Source: Rhizobacter sp.
Lineage (GTDB): Bacteria > Pseudomonadota > Gammaproteobacteria > Burkholderiales > Burkholderiaceae_C
Direction: 5' to 3'
Length of the DNA: 64,000 nt
Assembly: GCA_043778145.1 (NCBI GenBank)
Contig: JAYWGR010000002.1
Location: 28,519 to 92,518 of the forward strand
This document shows positions 12,545 to 20,508 of this stretch, one piece after another. Made by a program: the position numbers and the translations under genes. The notes beneath the pieces are model-generated. The model ran no database searches, was not told where the DNA came from, and saw nothing but the letters and a program-made list of their open reading frames with translations. Positions within the stretch are counted from its first letter, which is position 1. The number at the start of each line of letters is the position of its first letter.

Positions 12545-14821
12545 ATGGTGGCTACCAAGGCTCTCGATTCCCCATGGCGCAGCGGCGAAGCGCGCCAACA
12601 GGATCGCCACGCCAAGAAGGATGCCGTGTTGCTCACCGCGGCACGGCTCTTCTCTGCGAAGGGCTTCCAAAGCACCTCGCTCGATGACATCGCGGCCAGC
12701 CTCAAGGTCAGCAAGCCGACGCTCTACCACTACATCGACAGCAAGGAGCAAATCCTCTTCGAGTGCGTGCAGCGTGGCCTGGCTGACTTGCGCGCAGGCA
12801 TTCGGGCGGCCGCTGAGCGAGGCTTGCAAACGCGCGGCAGCTTGCGGGTGGCGATGGAGAACTACGCCGAGCTGGTGACCAGCGACTTCGGCATGTGCGT
12901 GATCCGGGTCGGCGAAGACCCGCTCTCTGACGCCAAGCGCCACGAGCTGCGCGCATTGAAGCGCGAGATTGACGCCGAGTTCCGCACGCTGATCGAGCAA
13001 GGCATGGCCGAGGGATGGATCGTGCGCGGCGATGCACACGTGGCGGCCTACACCGTCGTGGGTGCGCTGAGCGGTATTGGCCGTTGGTACCTGCCTGAGC
13101 GGCATGGCGCACAAAGCCTGGCTGATGCGGTGCAGCATTGCATCGAGATGCTGATGCGCGGCGTGCTCGGCGAGCCCACGGCCGATGCAAAACTTGCGCG
13201 CGCCAGCGAGCACGCATCAGCGGCCGGACCGATGGCGATTCGCCGTGAGACGCATTTCGACAACCGCATCGTGCGCTGTTTCGCCGAGCGGCCTGCGTCG
13301 CTGGCGGCGATGCTGGAGCGCGTCGTTCGCGAGCGGCCCCATGCCGAAGCCTTGGTCGCCGGTGATATTCGCCTCAGCTGGCGCGAGCTGCATCACGCAG
13401 CCCGAAAGTGCGCAGGCGGCCTCGCGTCACGGGGCGTGCATGCCGGTGACCGAGTCGCTGTCTTTCTCGGCAACGGCACCGAGTTCGTCATCACAACTTT
13501 GGCCTGCGCATGGCTCGGCGCGGTGCTCGTGCCGATCAGCGCACGCTCGCGCACGCCGGAGCTCGCGCATGCATTGCAAGATGCCGAGGCTGCGGCGATC
13601 GTCTGCGCAGCCGACTTGCTGCCCTTGCTTCCGGAGCGAGCTAGCTTGCCCGCGTTGCGCCTCGTGTGCAGCACTGGCGCAGCGCAAGCGGGTGTCGAGA
13701 GTTTCGCGGCGCTGATGCAATCGGCACCGCACCTCGAGCCGCACCGGGCCGGCGAAGACGAGCTCGCCGTGTTGCTCTACACCTCGGGCACCACTGGCAA
13801 GCCGAAAGGCGCAATGCTCAGCCACTTGAACATCGTCCATTCGCTGATGCACTACCGCGCGGTGATGGGCCTCACGGCAGACGAGCGCAGCATCGTTGCC
13901 GTGCCTTTGAGCCACGTCACCGGCCTGGTTGCGCAACTCTTCGTTGCCTTGCACTGCGGCTCGTGCCTCGTGCTGATGGCGCAGTTCAAGGCGGCCGATT
14001 TCGTCAAGCTCGCGGCCGCCGAGCACATGACCCACACGATCATGGTCCCCGCCATGTACAACCTTTGCCTGCTGCAAGTCGACCTTGCTGCGCACGACTT
14101 GAGCGCCTGGCGCATCGGTGCTTTCGGCGGTGCTTCAATGCCCACCGCCACCATCGAGAGCATGGCCGCACAACTGCCCGGCCTCACGCTGATCAACGCC
14201 TACGGCGCCACCGAAACCTGCTCGCCCGCAACCATCATGCCGCCGGGTTTGACGGCAGCTCGTGAAGACAGCGTCGGCCTGCCGGTGCCATGCGGTGAGA
14301 TCTGCATCGTCGATGAGGCCGGCCGCGAATTGCCGCGCGGTGAGATCGGTGAGATCTGGATCGCCGGGCCGATGGTTGTGCGCGGCTACTGGCGCAATGA
14401 AGCAGCCACGGCGAATGAGTTTTGCGGCGGCTACTGGCGCTCCGGCGACATCGGCACACAGGATGCCGAGGGCTTCGTTCGCATCCTCGACCGCAAGAAA
14501 GACGTGATCAATCGCGGTGGCTACAAGGTCTATTGCGCCGCGGTGGAGAGCGTGCTGGCCGAGCACCCGGAAGTGATCGAGGCGGCGTTGATCGGCGTGC
14601 CGTGCGCCGTGCTCGGCGAGCGAGTGCACGCCTTCGTCTGTGTGAGTGCGTTGGGCGAAGGCACACAGGCCGCGGCCCTGAAGGCGCATTGCGCTGCCCG
14701 CACCAGCGACTACGCCGTCCCCGAGACCTGGACGATCGGCACCGAGCCGCTGCCGCGCAACGCGAACGGCAAGGTGATGAAGCGCGAGTTGCGCAGCACG
14801 CTGCACGCCGCGTTGATTTGA
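12545..14821 (+). CDS. single 758-aa ORF encoding an N-terminal TetR-family HTH regulator domain fused in-frame to an AMP-dependent synthetase/ligase (acyl-CoA-synthetase-like) domain
   Basis: Residues ~20-210 carry the TetR signature (…LLTAARLFSAKGFQSTSLDDIAASLKVSKPTLYHYIDSKEQIL…). From the in-frame Met at 13232 (MAIRRETHFDNRIV…) onward there is a complete adenylate-forming enzyme (LLYTSGTTGKPKGAMLSH, …YGATE…, …WRSGDIG…RKKDVINRGGYKV…). No stop codon separates the two parts. Confidence 0.7.
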   Translation: MVATKALDSPWRSGEARQQDRHAKKDAVLLTAARLFSAKGFQSTSLDDIAASLKVSKPTLYHYIDSKEQILFECVQRGLADLRAGIRAAAERGLQTRGSLRVAMENYAELVTSDFGMCVIRVGEDPLSDAKRHELRALKREIDAEFRTLIEQGMAEGWIVRGDAHVAAYTVVGALSGIGRWYLPERHGAQSLADAVQHCIEMLMRGVLGEPTADAKLARASEHASAAGPMAIRRETHFDNRIVRCFAERPASLAAMLERVVRERPHAEALVAGDIRLSWRELHHAARKCAGGLASRGVHAGDRVAVFLGNGTEFVITTLACAWLGAVLVPISARSRTPELAHALQDAEAAAIVCAADLLPLLPERASLPALRLVCSTGAAQAGVESFAALMQSAPHLEPHRAGEDELAVLLYTSGTTGKPKGAMLSHLNIVHSLMHYRAVMGLTADERSIVAVPLSHVTGLVAQLFVALHCGSCLVLMAQFKAADFVKLAAAEHMTHTIMVPAMYNLCLLQVDLAAHDLSAWRIGAFGGASMPTATIESMAAQLPGLTLINAYGATETCSPATIMPPGLTAAREDSVGLPVPCGEICIVDEAGRELPRGEIGEIWIAGPMVVRGYWRNEAATANEFCGGYWRSGDIGTQDAEGFVRILDRKKDVINRGGYKVYCAAVESVLAEHPEVIEAALIGVPCAVLGERVHAFVCVSALGEGTQAAALKAHCAARTSDYAVPETWTIGTEPLPRNANGKVMKRELRSTLHAALI

Positions 14822-14853
14822 GCTGAGGTTTGTCGATGCGCCTCGATATCTTG

Positions 14854-14960
14854 CCCCCTCGCCCTTTTTGGGGAGATGGCTGGGGAGAGGGGCGATTGGC
14901 GACACGCCGGCGCTTGGGGGGCCCTCACCCCAACCCTCTCCCAGGGGGAGAGGGAGAGGA
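14854..14960. repeat. G/C-rich palindromic intergenic repeat, copy A (…GGGGAGATGGCTGGGGAGAGGGGCG…GCCCTCACCCCAACCCTCTCCCAGGGGGAGAGGGAGAGG)
   Basis: Shares the core GCCC(C)TCACCCCAACCCTC(T/C)CCC…GAGGGAGG and an upstream reverse-complementary arm with the copies at 17066-17179 and 22037-22149. Confidence 0.8.
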
Positions 14961-14990
14961 AGCCGAATCGAGAGCGAAAAAGGAGCAGGC

Positions 14991-15977
14991 ATGGCTGAAG
15001 TGGCGCGGCACCCTTTGAAGATCACCCAGCAGACGATCGTCTTCACCATCTTCGTGTTGATGTTCGTCGGCTTCGCTGTTCTCCTCCACGGCTTCTTCAC
15101 CGCAAGCAACTTGCTCGGCTTGTTGCAGAACGTGGCCATCCTCGGCATCCTCGGTTTGGCGATGGCCTTGATCGTGATCGGCCGCGGTATTGATATATCG
15201 ATGGTCGCGGTGCTTGCCGTGCCCGCGGGTCTGCTCTTGCAGCTCGTGCAAGACGGGTATTCGGTCGCTTTCGCGTTCATGGCCGCGGCAGGCATTGCCC
15301 TGCTCTTCGGCCTGCTCAATGGCTGGTTGGTTGCGTACGCCGAAGTGCCGTCACTGTTCACTACGTTGGCCTCGGGCCTCTTCCTCGCCGGCCTCGGCCA
15401 AGTCGCGTTCTTTCGGCTCGACGTGGTGCAGTGGAGCCCGCAGCTCGACGGCTTCGCCTGGCTCGGCCGTGGCAACCTCGGCGGCGTGCCGATGCCGGTG
15501 ATCATGTTCGGCATCGTTGCGGTCATCGTGTCGGTCTTTCTGCGGCGCACTCGCCTCGGCCAATACATCTATGCGATTGGCGACAACCCCACCGGCGCGC
15601 GCACCACCGGCATTCCGACGCGGCCGGTCATCGTGTTGCAGTACGTGCTCGCCGCGTTGATCGGCGCCTTCGCGGGCATGGTGATGGCCGCCTCAGTCAA
15701 CAGCATGCCGACGCGCATCTACAACTCCACCATGATTTACGACGTGATCCTCGTCGTCGTGCTTGGCGGCATTGGTCTCTCGGGCGGGCGCGGTGGTGTC
15801 GTCAACGTCGTGATCGGCACCGCGCTGATCGGCACGCTGCTCAACGGCATGACCATTCTCGATGTGTCGTACTCGGCGCAGAACCTCATCAAGGGCGTGA
15901 TCCTGTTGATCGCGATCCTCATCGATTCGTTTCTCAACCCGCGCAACGAAGAAACCGCTCAGCAGGGAGACATCTGA
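14991..15977 (+). CDS. sugar ABC transporter permease (RbsC/AraH-type, BPD_transp_2)
   Basis: Multi-TM protein with GRGIDISMVAVLA and …DNPTGARTTGIP… motifs typical of ribose/xylose-type permeases. The ATG at 14991 is preceded by AAAAAGGAGCAGG. The upstream part of the track ORF is translated repeat. Confidence 0.85.
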   Translation: MAEVARHPLKITQQTIVFTIFVLMFVGFAVLLHGFFTASNLLGLLQNVAILGILGLAMALIVIGRGIDISMVAVLAVPAGLLLQLVQDGYSVAFAFMAAAGIALLFGLLNGWLVAYAEVPSLFTTLASGLFLAGLGQVAFFRLDVVQWSPQLDGFAWLGRGNLGGVPMPVIMFGIVAVIVSVFLRRTRLGQYIYAIGDNPTGARTTGIPTRPVIVLQYVLAALIGAFAGMVMAASVNSMPTRIYNSTMIYDVILVVVLGGIGLSGGRGGVVNVVIGTALIGTLLNGMTILDVSYSAQNLIKGVILLIAILIDSFLNPRNEETAQQGDI

Positions 15978-16025
15978 CCCAGCGGCCCGCCGCCTTCACC
16001 ACCCGTGATTCCACAGGAGACAAGC

Positions 16026-17054
16026 ATGACAACGACACTCAGCAAACGATCGGTTCAGGCCGTGCTCACCAGCGCCGCATTGCTCGCCGGCATGGCGATC
16101 AGCGTGGCTGCGTTCGCACAAGGCAAAGGCCTCGACGAGCCGTTTCGCGCCACCTACAAAACCACGCTGGCCGGCAAGACAGTGGCATTCGTGCCCGTGG
16201 CGATGGGCTTCGATCTCGCGCAAGGTTGGTTTGAAGGCTTGAAGAAAGAGCTCGAACCGCTGGGCGTCAAGGTCATCTCGCGCGACCCGAACTGGAACAC
16301 GAGCGCAGGCGCGCAAGCGATCACCACGCTGATCAGCGAAAAGCCCGATGTGATCGTCGTCCACAACCCCGATGTGCAGACCTACGCCAAGCTGCTGCAA
16401 AAGGCCGAGGAGCAGGGCGTGCAGGTGGTGCAGATCAACATGCGGTCGAACTACCCGTCGGTTGTGTTCGTCGGTGCTGATTGGGTGGATGTGGGCGAGA
16501 AGGTCACCACCGCTGTCGTTGATTCATGCAAGGGCAAGTCGAACAAAGTCGCGATCGTGCAGGGCGCGCTCTCGGCCGCGGCGAGTGCCTACACGCTAAA
16601 AGGAGTGGAGAACGTGCTGGCCAAGCACCCGGAGGTGAAGGTCGTCTCAAGCCAAGCCGCCGATTGGGATGCTGCCAAGGCCAAGGGCATCACGCAGACC
16701 GTGCTGAAACAAAACCCCGACCTGTGCGGAATCATCGGCTTCTGGGACGGCATGGACATCGGCACCGCAGCCGCCATCAAAGAAGCGGGCTTGACCGGCA
16801 AAGTCTTCCTTGCAACTTCCGGTGGCGGCGAACAGAAGGGCGCGTGCGAGCAGGTCAAGTCCGGTGCGTTCGACTATGACCTCAGCTACGACGTGCCGAC
16901 CCAAGCCAGCAACATGGCCGCCTCGATCAAGTGGCTGCTGCAGAACAAGGGCAAGACGGGCACCGCCAAGGGCTCGATCTACACGACGCTGATACCGATC
17001 ACGAAGGCCAACGCAGGGACCGAAGGCACCTGCTGGAAGCTGACGAAGGGTTGA
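16026..17054 (+). CDS. sugar ABC transporter periplasmic substrate-binding protein (periplasmic-binding-protein type I, ribose/xylose-like)
   Basis: The signal peptide (…AALLAGMAISVAAFAQG) is followed by a periplasmic-binding-protein fold (…VAFVPVAMGFDLAQGW…VIVVHNPD…). An RBS, AGGAGACAAGC, precedes the ATG at 16026. Confidence 0.85.
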   Translation: MTTTLSKRSVQAVLTSAALLAGMAISVAAFAQGKGLDEPFRATYKTTLAGKTVAFVPVAMGFDLAQGWFEGLKKELEPLGVKVISRDPNWNTSAGAQAITTLISEKPDVIVVHNPDVQTYAKLLQKAEEQGVQVVQINMRSNYPSVVFVGADWVDVGEKVTTAVVDSCKGKSNKVAIVQGALSAAASAYTLKGVENVLAKHPEVKVVSSQAADWDAAKAKGITQTVLKQNPDLCGIIGFWDGMDIGTAAAIKEAGLTGKVFLATSGGGEQKGACEQVKSGAFDYDLSYDVPTQASNMAASIKWLLQNKGKTGTAKGSIYTTLIPITKANAGTEGTCWKLTKG

Positions 17055-17065
17055 GCGTTGATCTC

Positions 17066-17179
17066 TCTTTCTCCCTCTCCCTCTGGGAGAGGGCAGGGGT
17101 GAGGGCGAGCGTGCCGCTGAAAGCTAAGCGCAGCGGCCTGCCCCTCACCCCAACCCTCCCCCAGAGGGGCGAGGGAGGT
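17066..17179. repeat. G/C-rich palindromic intergenic repeat, copy B (CTCCCTCTCCCTCTGGGAGAGGGCAGGGGTGAGGGCGAG … GCCCCTCACCCCAACCCTCCCCCAGAGGGGCGAGGGAGG)
   Basis: The two arms are mutual reverse complements and each is internally palindromic. It is located between the binding-protein gene and the second permease. Confidence 0.8.
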
Positions 17180-17203
17180 CATCACGCTGGACGAGGAGTG
17201 CCT

Positions 17204-19414
17204 GTGAATGAAACTTTGAGCCCACCGCGTGTGGCCGCGGCAAGCGCCGCGGTGCAATCACCCGCTGCCGCAGCACGCCAGCAAGTCGAAGAGTCGCTGA
17301 CGGACACGCTCACCCGCCTGCGCTACCGCTACTGGCCTGACCACGCGCTCGGCGAGATCCTCGCCAAGCGCTGGATGGAGACGGCCATTCCGGTCATCGT
17401 GCTGCTGATCGTGGCCTTTGCCTTGTCGCGCGCGATACCGAACTTCCTCACCGCCGCAGCGCTCTCTGACACCGGCCGCCAGGCTGGTGAGATCGGCTTC
17501 ATCGTGCTCGGCATGGCACTCGTGATGATCGTGGGCGGCATCGATCTCTCGGTCGGCTCGCAGTTCGCGTTGACCAACTTGTGCGCGCTCTACTGCATGC
17601 ATGTGCTCAAGTGGCCGGTGCCTGCGGCAGTCGCCGCCACACTGGTTTGCGGCGCGGTGCTCGGCGCGGTCAACGGGGTGCTGATCGGCTACTTTCGGCT
17701 GCGCGCGTTCCTCACCACACTCATCACGCTGATCATCTACCGCGCGCTCTACGACCTGCTCACGGCTGACGTGGCTACCGCCATCGCCGGCAGCACGCCT
17801 GAATCGAAGGTGTGGGATTTCATCGGCAGCGGCGAGTGGCTCGGCGTGCCGGCGGTCGTCTATGCATATGCGGTGGTGGCGCTCTTCGGCCACATCTTCC
17901 TCACGCGGCTGCGGCCGGGCTGGCACGTCACCGCCATCGGCGGCTCGCGGCGCTCGGCCTACAACACCGGCATTGCAGTGCGCCGCACGGTGACGATGTG
18001 CTATGTGGCCAGCGGCGTGTTGACCTCGCTCGGCGGAATCTTCTTCGCGTCGCGCCTGGCCACAGCTGGCGGCGACATCGGCGTAGGCCTGGAGGTCACG
18101 GTGCTGACGGCGGCCGTGCTCGGCGGCATCAGCCTCGGCGGCGGCAAAGGCTCGGTGATGAAGGCGCTCGTCGGCACGCTGATCGTGCTGCTGATCATCA
18201 ATGGCTTGACGACCATGTCGCTCGACGGTGGCTACAACCGCATGGTGCTTGCCGCGATTTTGTTGCTCGCCGCGATGGTCGACATTCGCTGGCTCAAGAA
18301 CCGCCACCGCATCGTCAGCAAGGTCTACGTGAGCCCGACTTATCACGCGATGCCGCCTGCGCCATCGACTGCGCCCGACTGCGGCACGCCCTGGGCCTTG
18401 AACGACCGGTTGCGGCCGGCCACACCGATTGGCCTCGGCCGAATCGAAGGCCCGGAGGACGTGATCCTCGACCGCAACGACAACCTCTACGCCGGCTCGC
18501 GCCACGGCGACATCATTCGCTTCTTCGCGCCCGACTACCACCGCATGGAGATCTTTGCCCACATTGGCGGCACGCCACTCGGCATGGCCTTCGACCGCAA
18601 AGACAACCTCTATGTTTGCATCGGCGGCATGGGGCTCTACCGCGTCAGCCCGGAGCGCAAGGTAGAGAAGGTGACTGATGAGACCAACCGCAGCTACTCC
18701 TCCATCAACGACGACAGCCGCCTGCGCCTGGCCGATGACCTCGACATCACCGACGACGGCCGCATCTTCTTCTCGGAAGCCACCGTGCGCTTCGAGATGC
18801 ACGAGTGGGCAACCGATGGGCTAGAGGCCCGCGGCAACGGCCGCATCATTTGCTACGACACCAACACCGGCAAGACGCACACTGTCATCCGCGATTTGAA
18901 GTTCCCGAACGGCGTGTGCATCGCCAGCGACGGGCAATCGTTCTTGTTTGCCGAGACCTGGAACTGCAGCGTCAAACGCTATTGGTTTGACGGCCCGAAG
19001 AAAGGCACGCTGGAGCTCGTGCTGGAGAACCTGCCGGGCTTTCCGGACAACATCAACAACTCGTCTGACGGGAACTACTGGATGTCGCTCGTCGGCATGC
19101 GTTGCCCGGCGCTCGATCTGGCCTGGAAGATGCCCGGCTTTCGCAAGCGCATGGCCAAGCGCGTGCCGCGTGATGAGTGGCTCTTCCCGAACATCAACAC
19201 CGGCTGCGTGCTCAAGTTCAACGAGCGCGGCGAGGTGCTCGAGACGATGTGGGACTTGGGCGGCGAGAACCACCCGATGATCACCTCGATGCGCGAGCAC
19301 CGCGGCTACCTTTACCTCGGCGGCATCATGAACAACCGCGTCGGCAGGTTGAAGTTGGAAGGCGTTGACCCCGACTTCATCCAGTACGACCGGCGATGGG
19401 GGAGGGCCGCCTGA
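17204..19414 (+). CDS. ABC transporter permease (RbsC-type) fused at its C-terminus to a strictosidine-synthase-like / SMP-30-gluconolactonase-like beta-propeller domain
   Basis: A GTG at 17204 (GAGGAG upstream) begins a ~350-aa polytopic permease (…MIVGGIDLSVGSQFAL…). It is followed without any stop by ~370 aa carrying the SSL hallmarks (GRIEGPEDVILDRNDNLYAGSRHGDIIRF…, …NLPGFPDNINNSSDGNYWMSLVG…). Confidence 0.7.
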   Translation: MNETLSPPRVAAASAAVQSPAAAARQQVEESLTDTLTRLRYRYWPDHALGEILAKRWMETAIPVIVLLIVAFALSRAIPNFLTAAALSDTGRQAGEIGFIVLGMALVMIVGGIDLSVGSQFALTNLCALYCMHVLKWPVPAAVAATLVCGAVLGAVNGVLIGYFRLRAFLTTLITLIIYRALYDLLTADVATAIAGSTPESKVWDFIGSGEWLGVPAVVYAYAVVALFGHIFLTRLRPGWHVTAIGGSRRSAYNTGIAVRRTVTMCYVASGVLTSLGGIFFASRLATAGGDIGVGLEVTVLTAAVLGGISLGGGKGSVMKALVGTLIVLLIINGLTTMSLDGGYNRMVLAAILLLAAMVDIRWLKNRHRIVSKVYVSPTYHAMPPAPSTAPDCGTPWALNDRLRPATPIGLGRIEGPEDVILDRNDNLYAGSRHGDIIRFFAPDYHRMEIFAHIGGTPLGMAFDRKDNLYVCIGGMGLYRVSPERKVEKVTDETNRSYSSINDDSRLRLADDLDITDDGRIFFSEATVRFEMHEWATDGLEARGNGRIICYDTNTGKTHTVIRDLKFPNGVCIASDGQSFLFAETWNCSVKRYWFDGPKKGTLELVLENLPGFPDNINNSSDGNYWMSLVGMRCPALDLAWKMPGFRKRMAKRVPRDEWLFPNINTGCVLKFNERGEVLETMWDLGGENHPMITSMREHRGYLYLGGIMNNRVGRLKLEGVDPDFIQYDRRWGRAA

Positions 19415-20508
19415 TGGGCGCATTGGCTGAATGGAAGGACCGCCTGCTCGGCCGCGGTGACGCCGCCATCACCGTGCCAGTGTTCGATGGCGCGTTGAAG
19501 TCCAACAGCGTGCTGGAAGACGCAGCGGTGTTCGCCACGCTGCCCGAGGCCGATGACCTCGCGACCGATGGCAGGTCGCTCTTCGTTGCCGATCGCCAGC
19601 GCGTGCTGCGTTATGAAGGCAACGCCGCAGTCGAAGTGCAGCGCTTTGACAAACCGATCACGGCCATTGCATGCTTGGCTGAAGGCGGCATCGCCGTGGC
19701 GCTCGATGGGCGCGAGGTTCGCATCACAGGCGGCCCGAATGACGGCCGGCATTGGGAGGCCGTGGCCGGCCAGCCGCTGAACGCGGTCAACGCATTGAGC
19801 GCCACCGCCGATGGCCGGCTGATCGCGACCGATGGCTCGCGCGAGCACGCGGCGGCCGAGTGGAAGCACGACTTGATGAGCCTCGGCCACACCGGCCGCG
19901 CGGTCGAGTTGCGCGTGGCGGACGGCACCGCCCGCGAAATCGCCTCCGGCCTGTCGCATGCGTTCGGCGCTTGCGCGGTTGGCCAAGGCGTGTGGGTGAG
20001 CGAGAGCTGGCGCCACCGTGTGATGGCGCATGGCGAAGGCCGCAAGGCCACTGCCGTGACCGATTCCTTGCCCGGCTACCCGTCGCGCATCACGCCAGCC
20101 GCGGGCGGCGGCTACTGGCTCACCTGCTTCATCTTGCGCACGCAGCTCGTCGAGTTCGTGTTGCGTGAGCCGGCGTTCCGTCAACGCATGTTGAAAGAGA
20201 TCGAGCCGGCTTATTGGATTGCGCCGGCGTTGAACTCGGGCAACACTTTCCTGGAGCCGATGCAAGGGGCGCAGCTGAAGATGATGGGCATCGTCAAACC
20301 CTGGGCACCGCCACGCTCTTACGGCCTCGTCATCCGGCTCGATGCCGAAGGCCGCGTGCGCTATTCGCTGCACAGCCGCTTTGACGGCAAGAACCACGGC
20401 GTGGTGGCAGCCGTCGAATGCGTTGGTGATTTGTATGTGCTCGCCAAGGGGAGCCGGCGCGTCTTGCGTTTGAATGTGGCAGCTGCCGAACGGAGCTTGA
20501 GCGAATGA
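19414..20508 (+). CDS. standalone strictosidine-synthase-like/SMP-30-like beta-propeller protein, paralogous to the domain fused to the preceding permease
   Basis: Shares SLPGYPSRITPAAGGGYWLTCF with NLPGFPDNINNSSDGNYWMSLVG of the upstream fusion. Its ATG overlaps the upstream stop in a TGATG, and its own stop overlaps the ATPase start in an ATGA. Confidence 0.7.
   Translation: MGALAEWKDRLLGRGDAAITVPVFDGALKSNSVLEDAAVFATLPEADDLATDGRSLFVADRQRVLRYEGNAAVEVQRFDKPITAIACLAEGGIAVALDGREVRITGGPNDGRHWEAVAGQPLNAVNALSATADGRLIATDGSREHAAAEWKHDLMSLGHTGRAVELRVADGTAREIASGLSHAFGACAVGQGVWVSESWRHRVMAHGEGRKATAVTDSLPGYPSRITPAAGGGYWLTCFILRTQLVEFVLREPAFRQRMLKEIEPAYWIAPALNSGNTFLEPMQGAQLKMMGIVKPWAPPRSYGLVIRLDAEGRVRYSLHSRFDGKNHGVVAAVECVGDLYVLAKGSRRVLRLNVAAAERSLSE

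Noticed and set aside
14830-15018. 62-aa ORF (…GGPHPNPLPGGEGEEAES…), together with the N-terminal extensions of ORFs 14868, 16931 and 22002
   Set aside because: These are translations of the G/C-rich palindromic repeat copies. Real starts with RBS lie downstream at 14991, 17204 and 22155.
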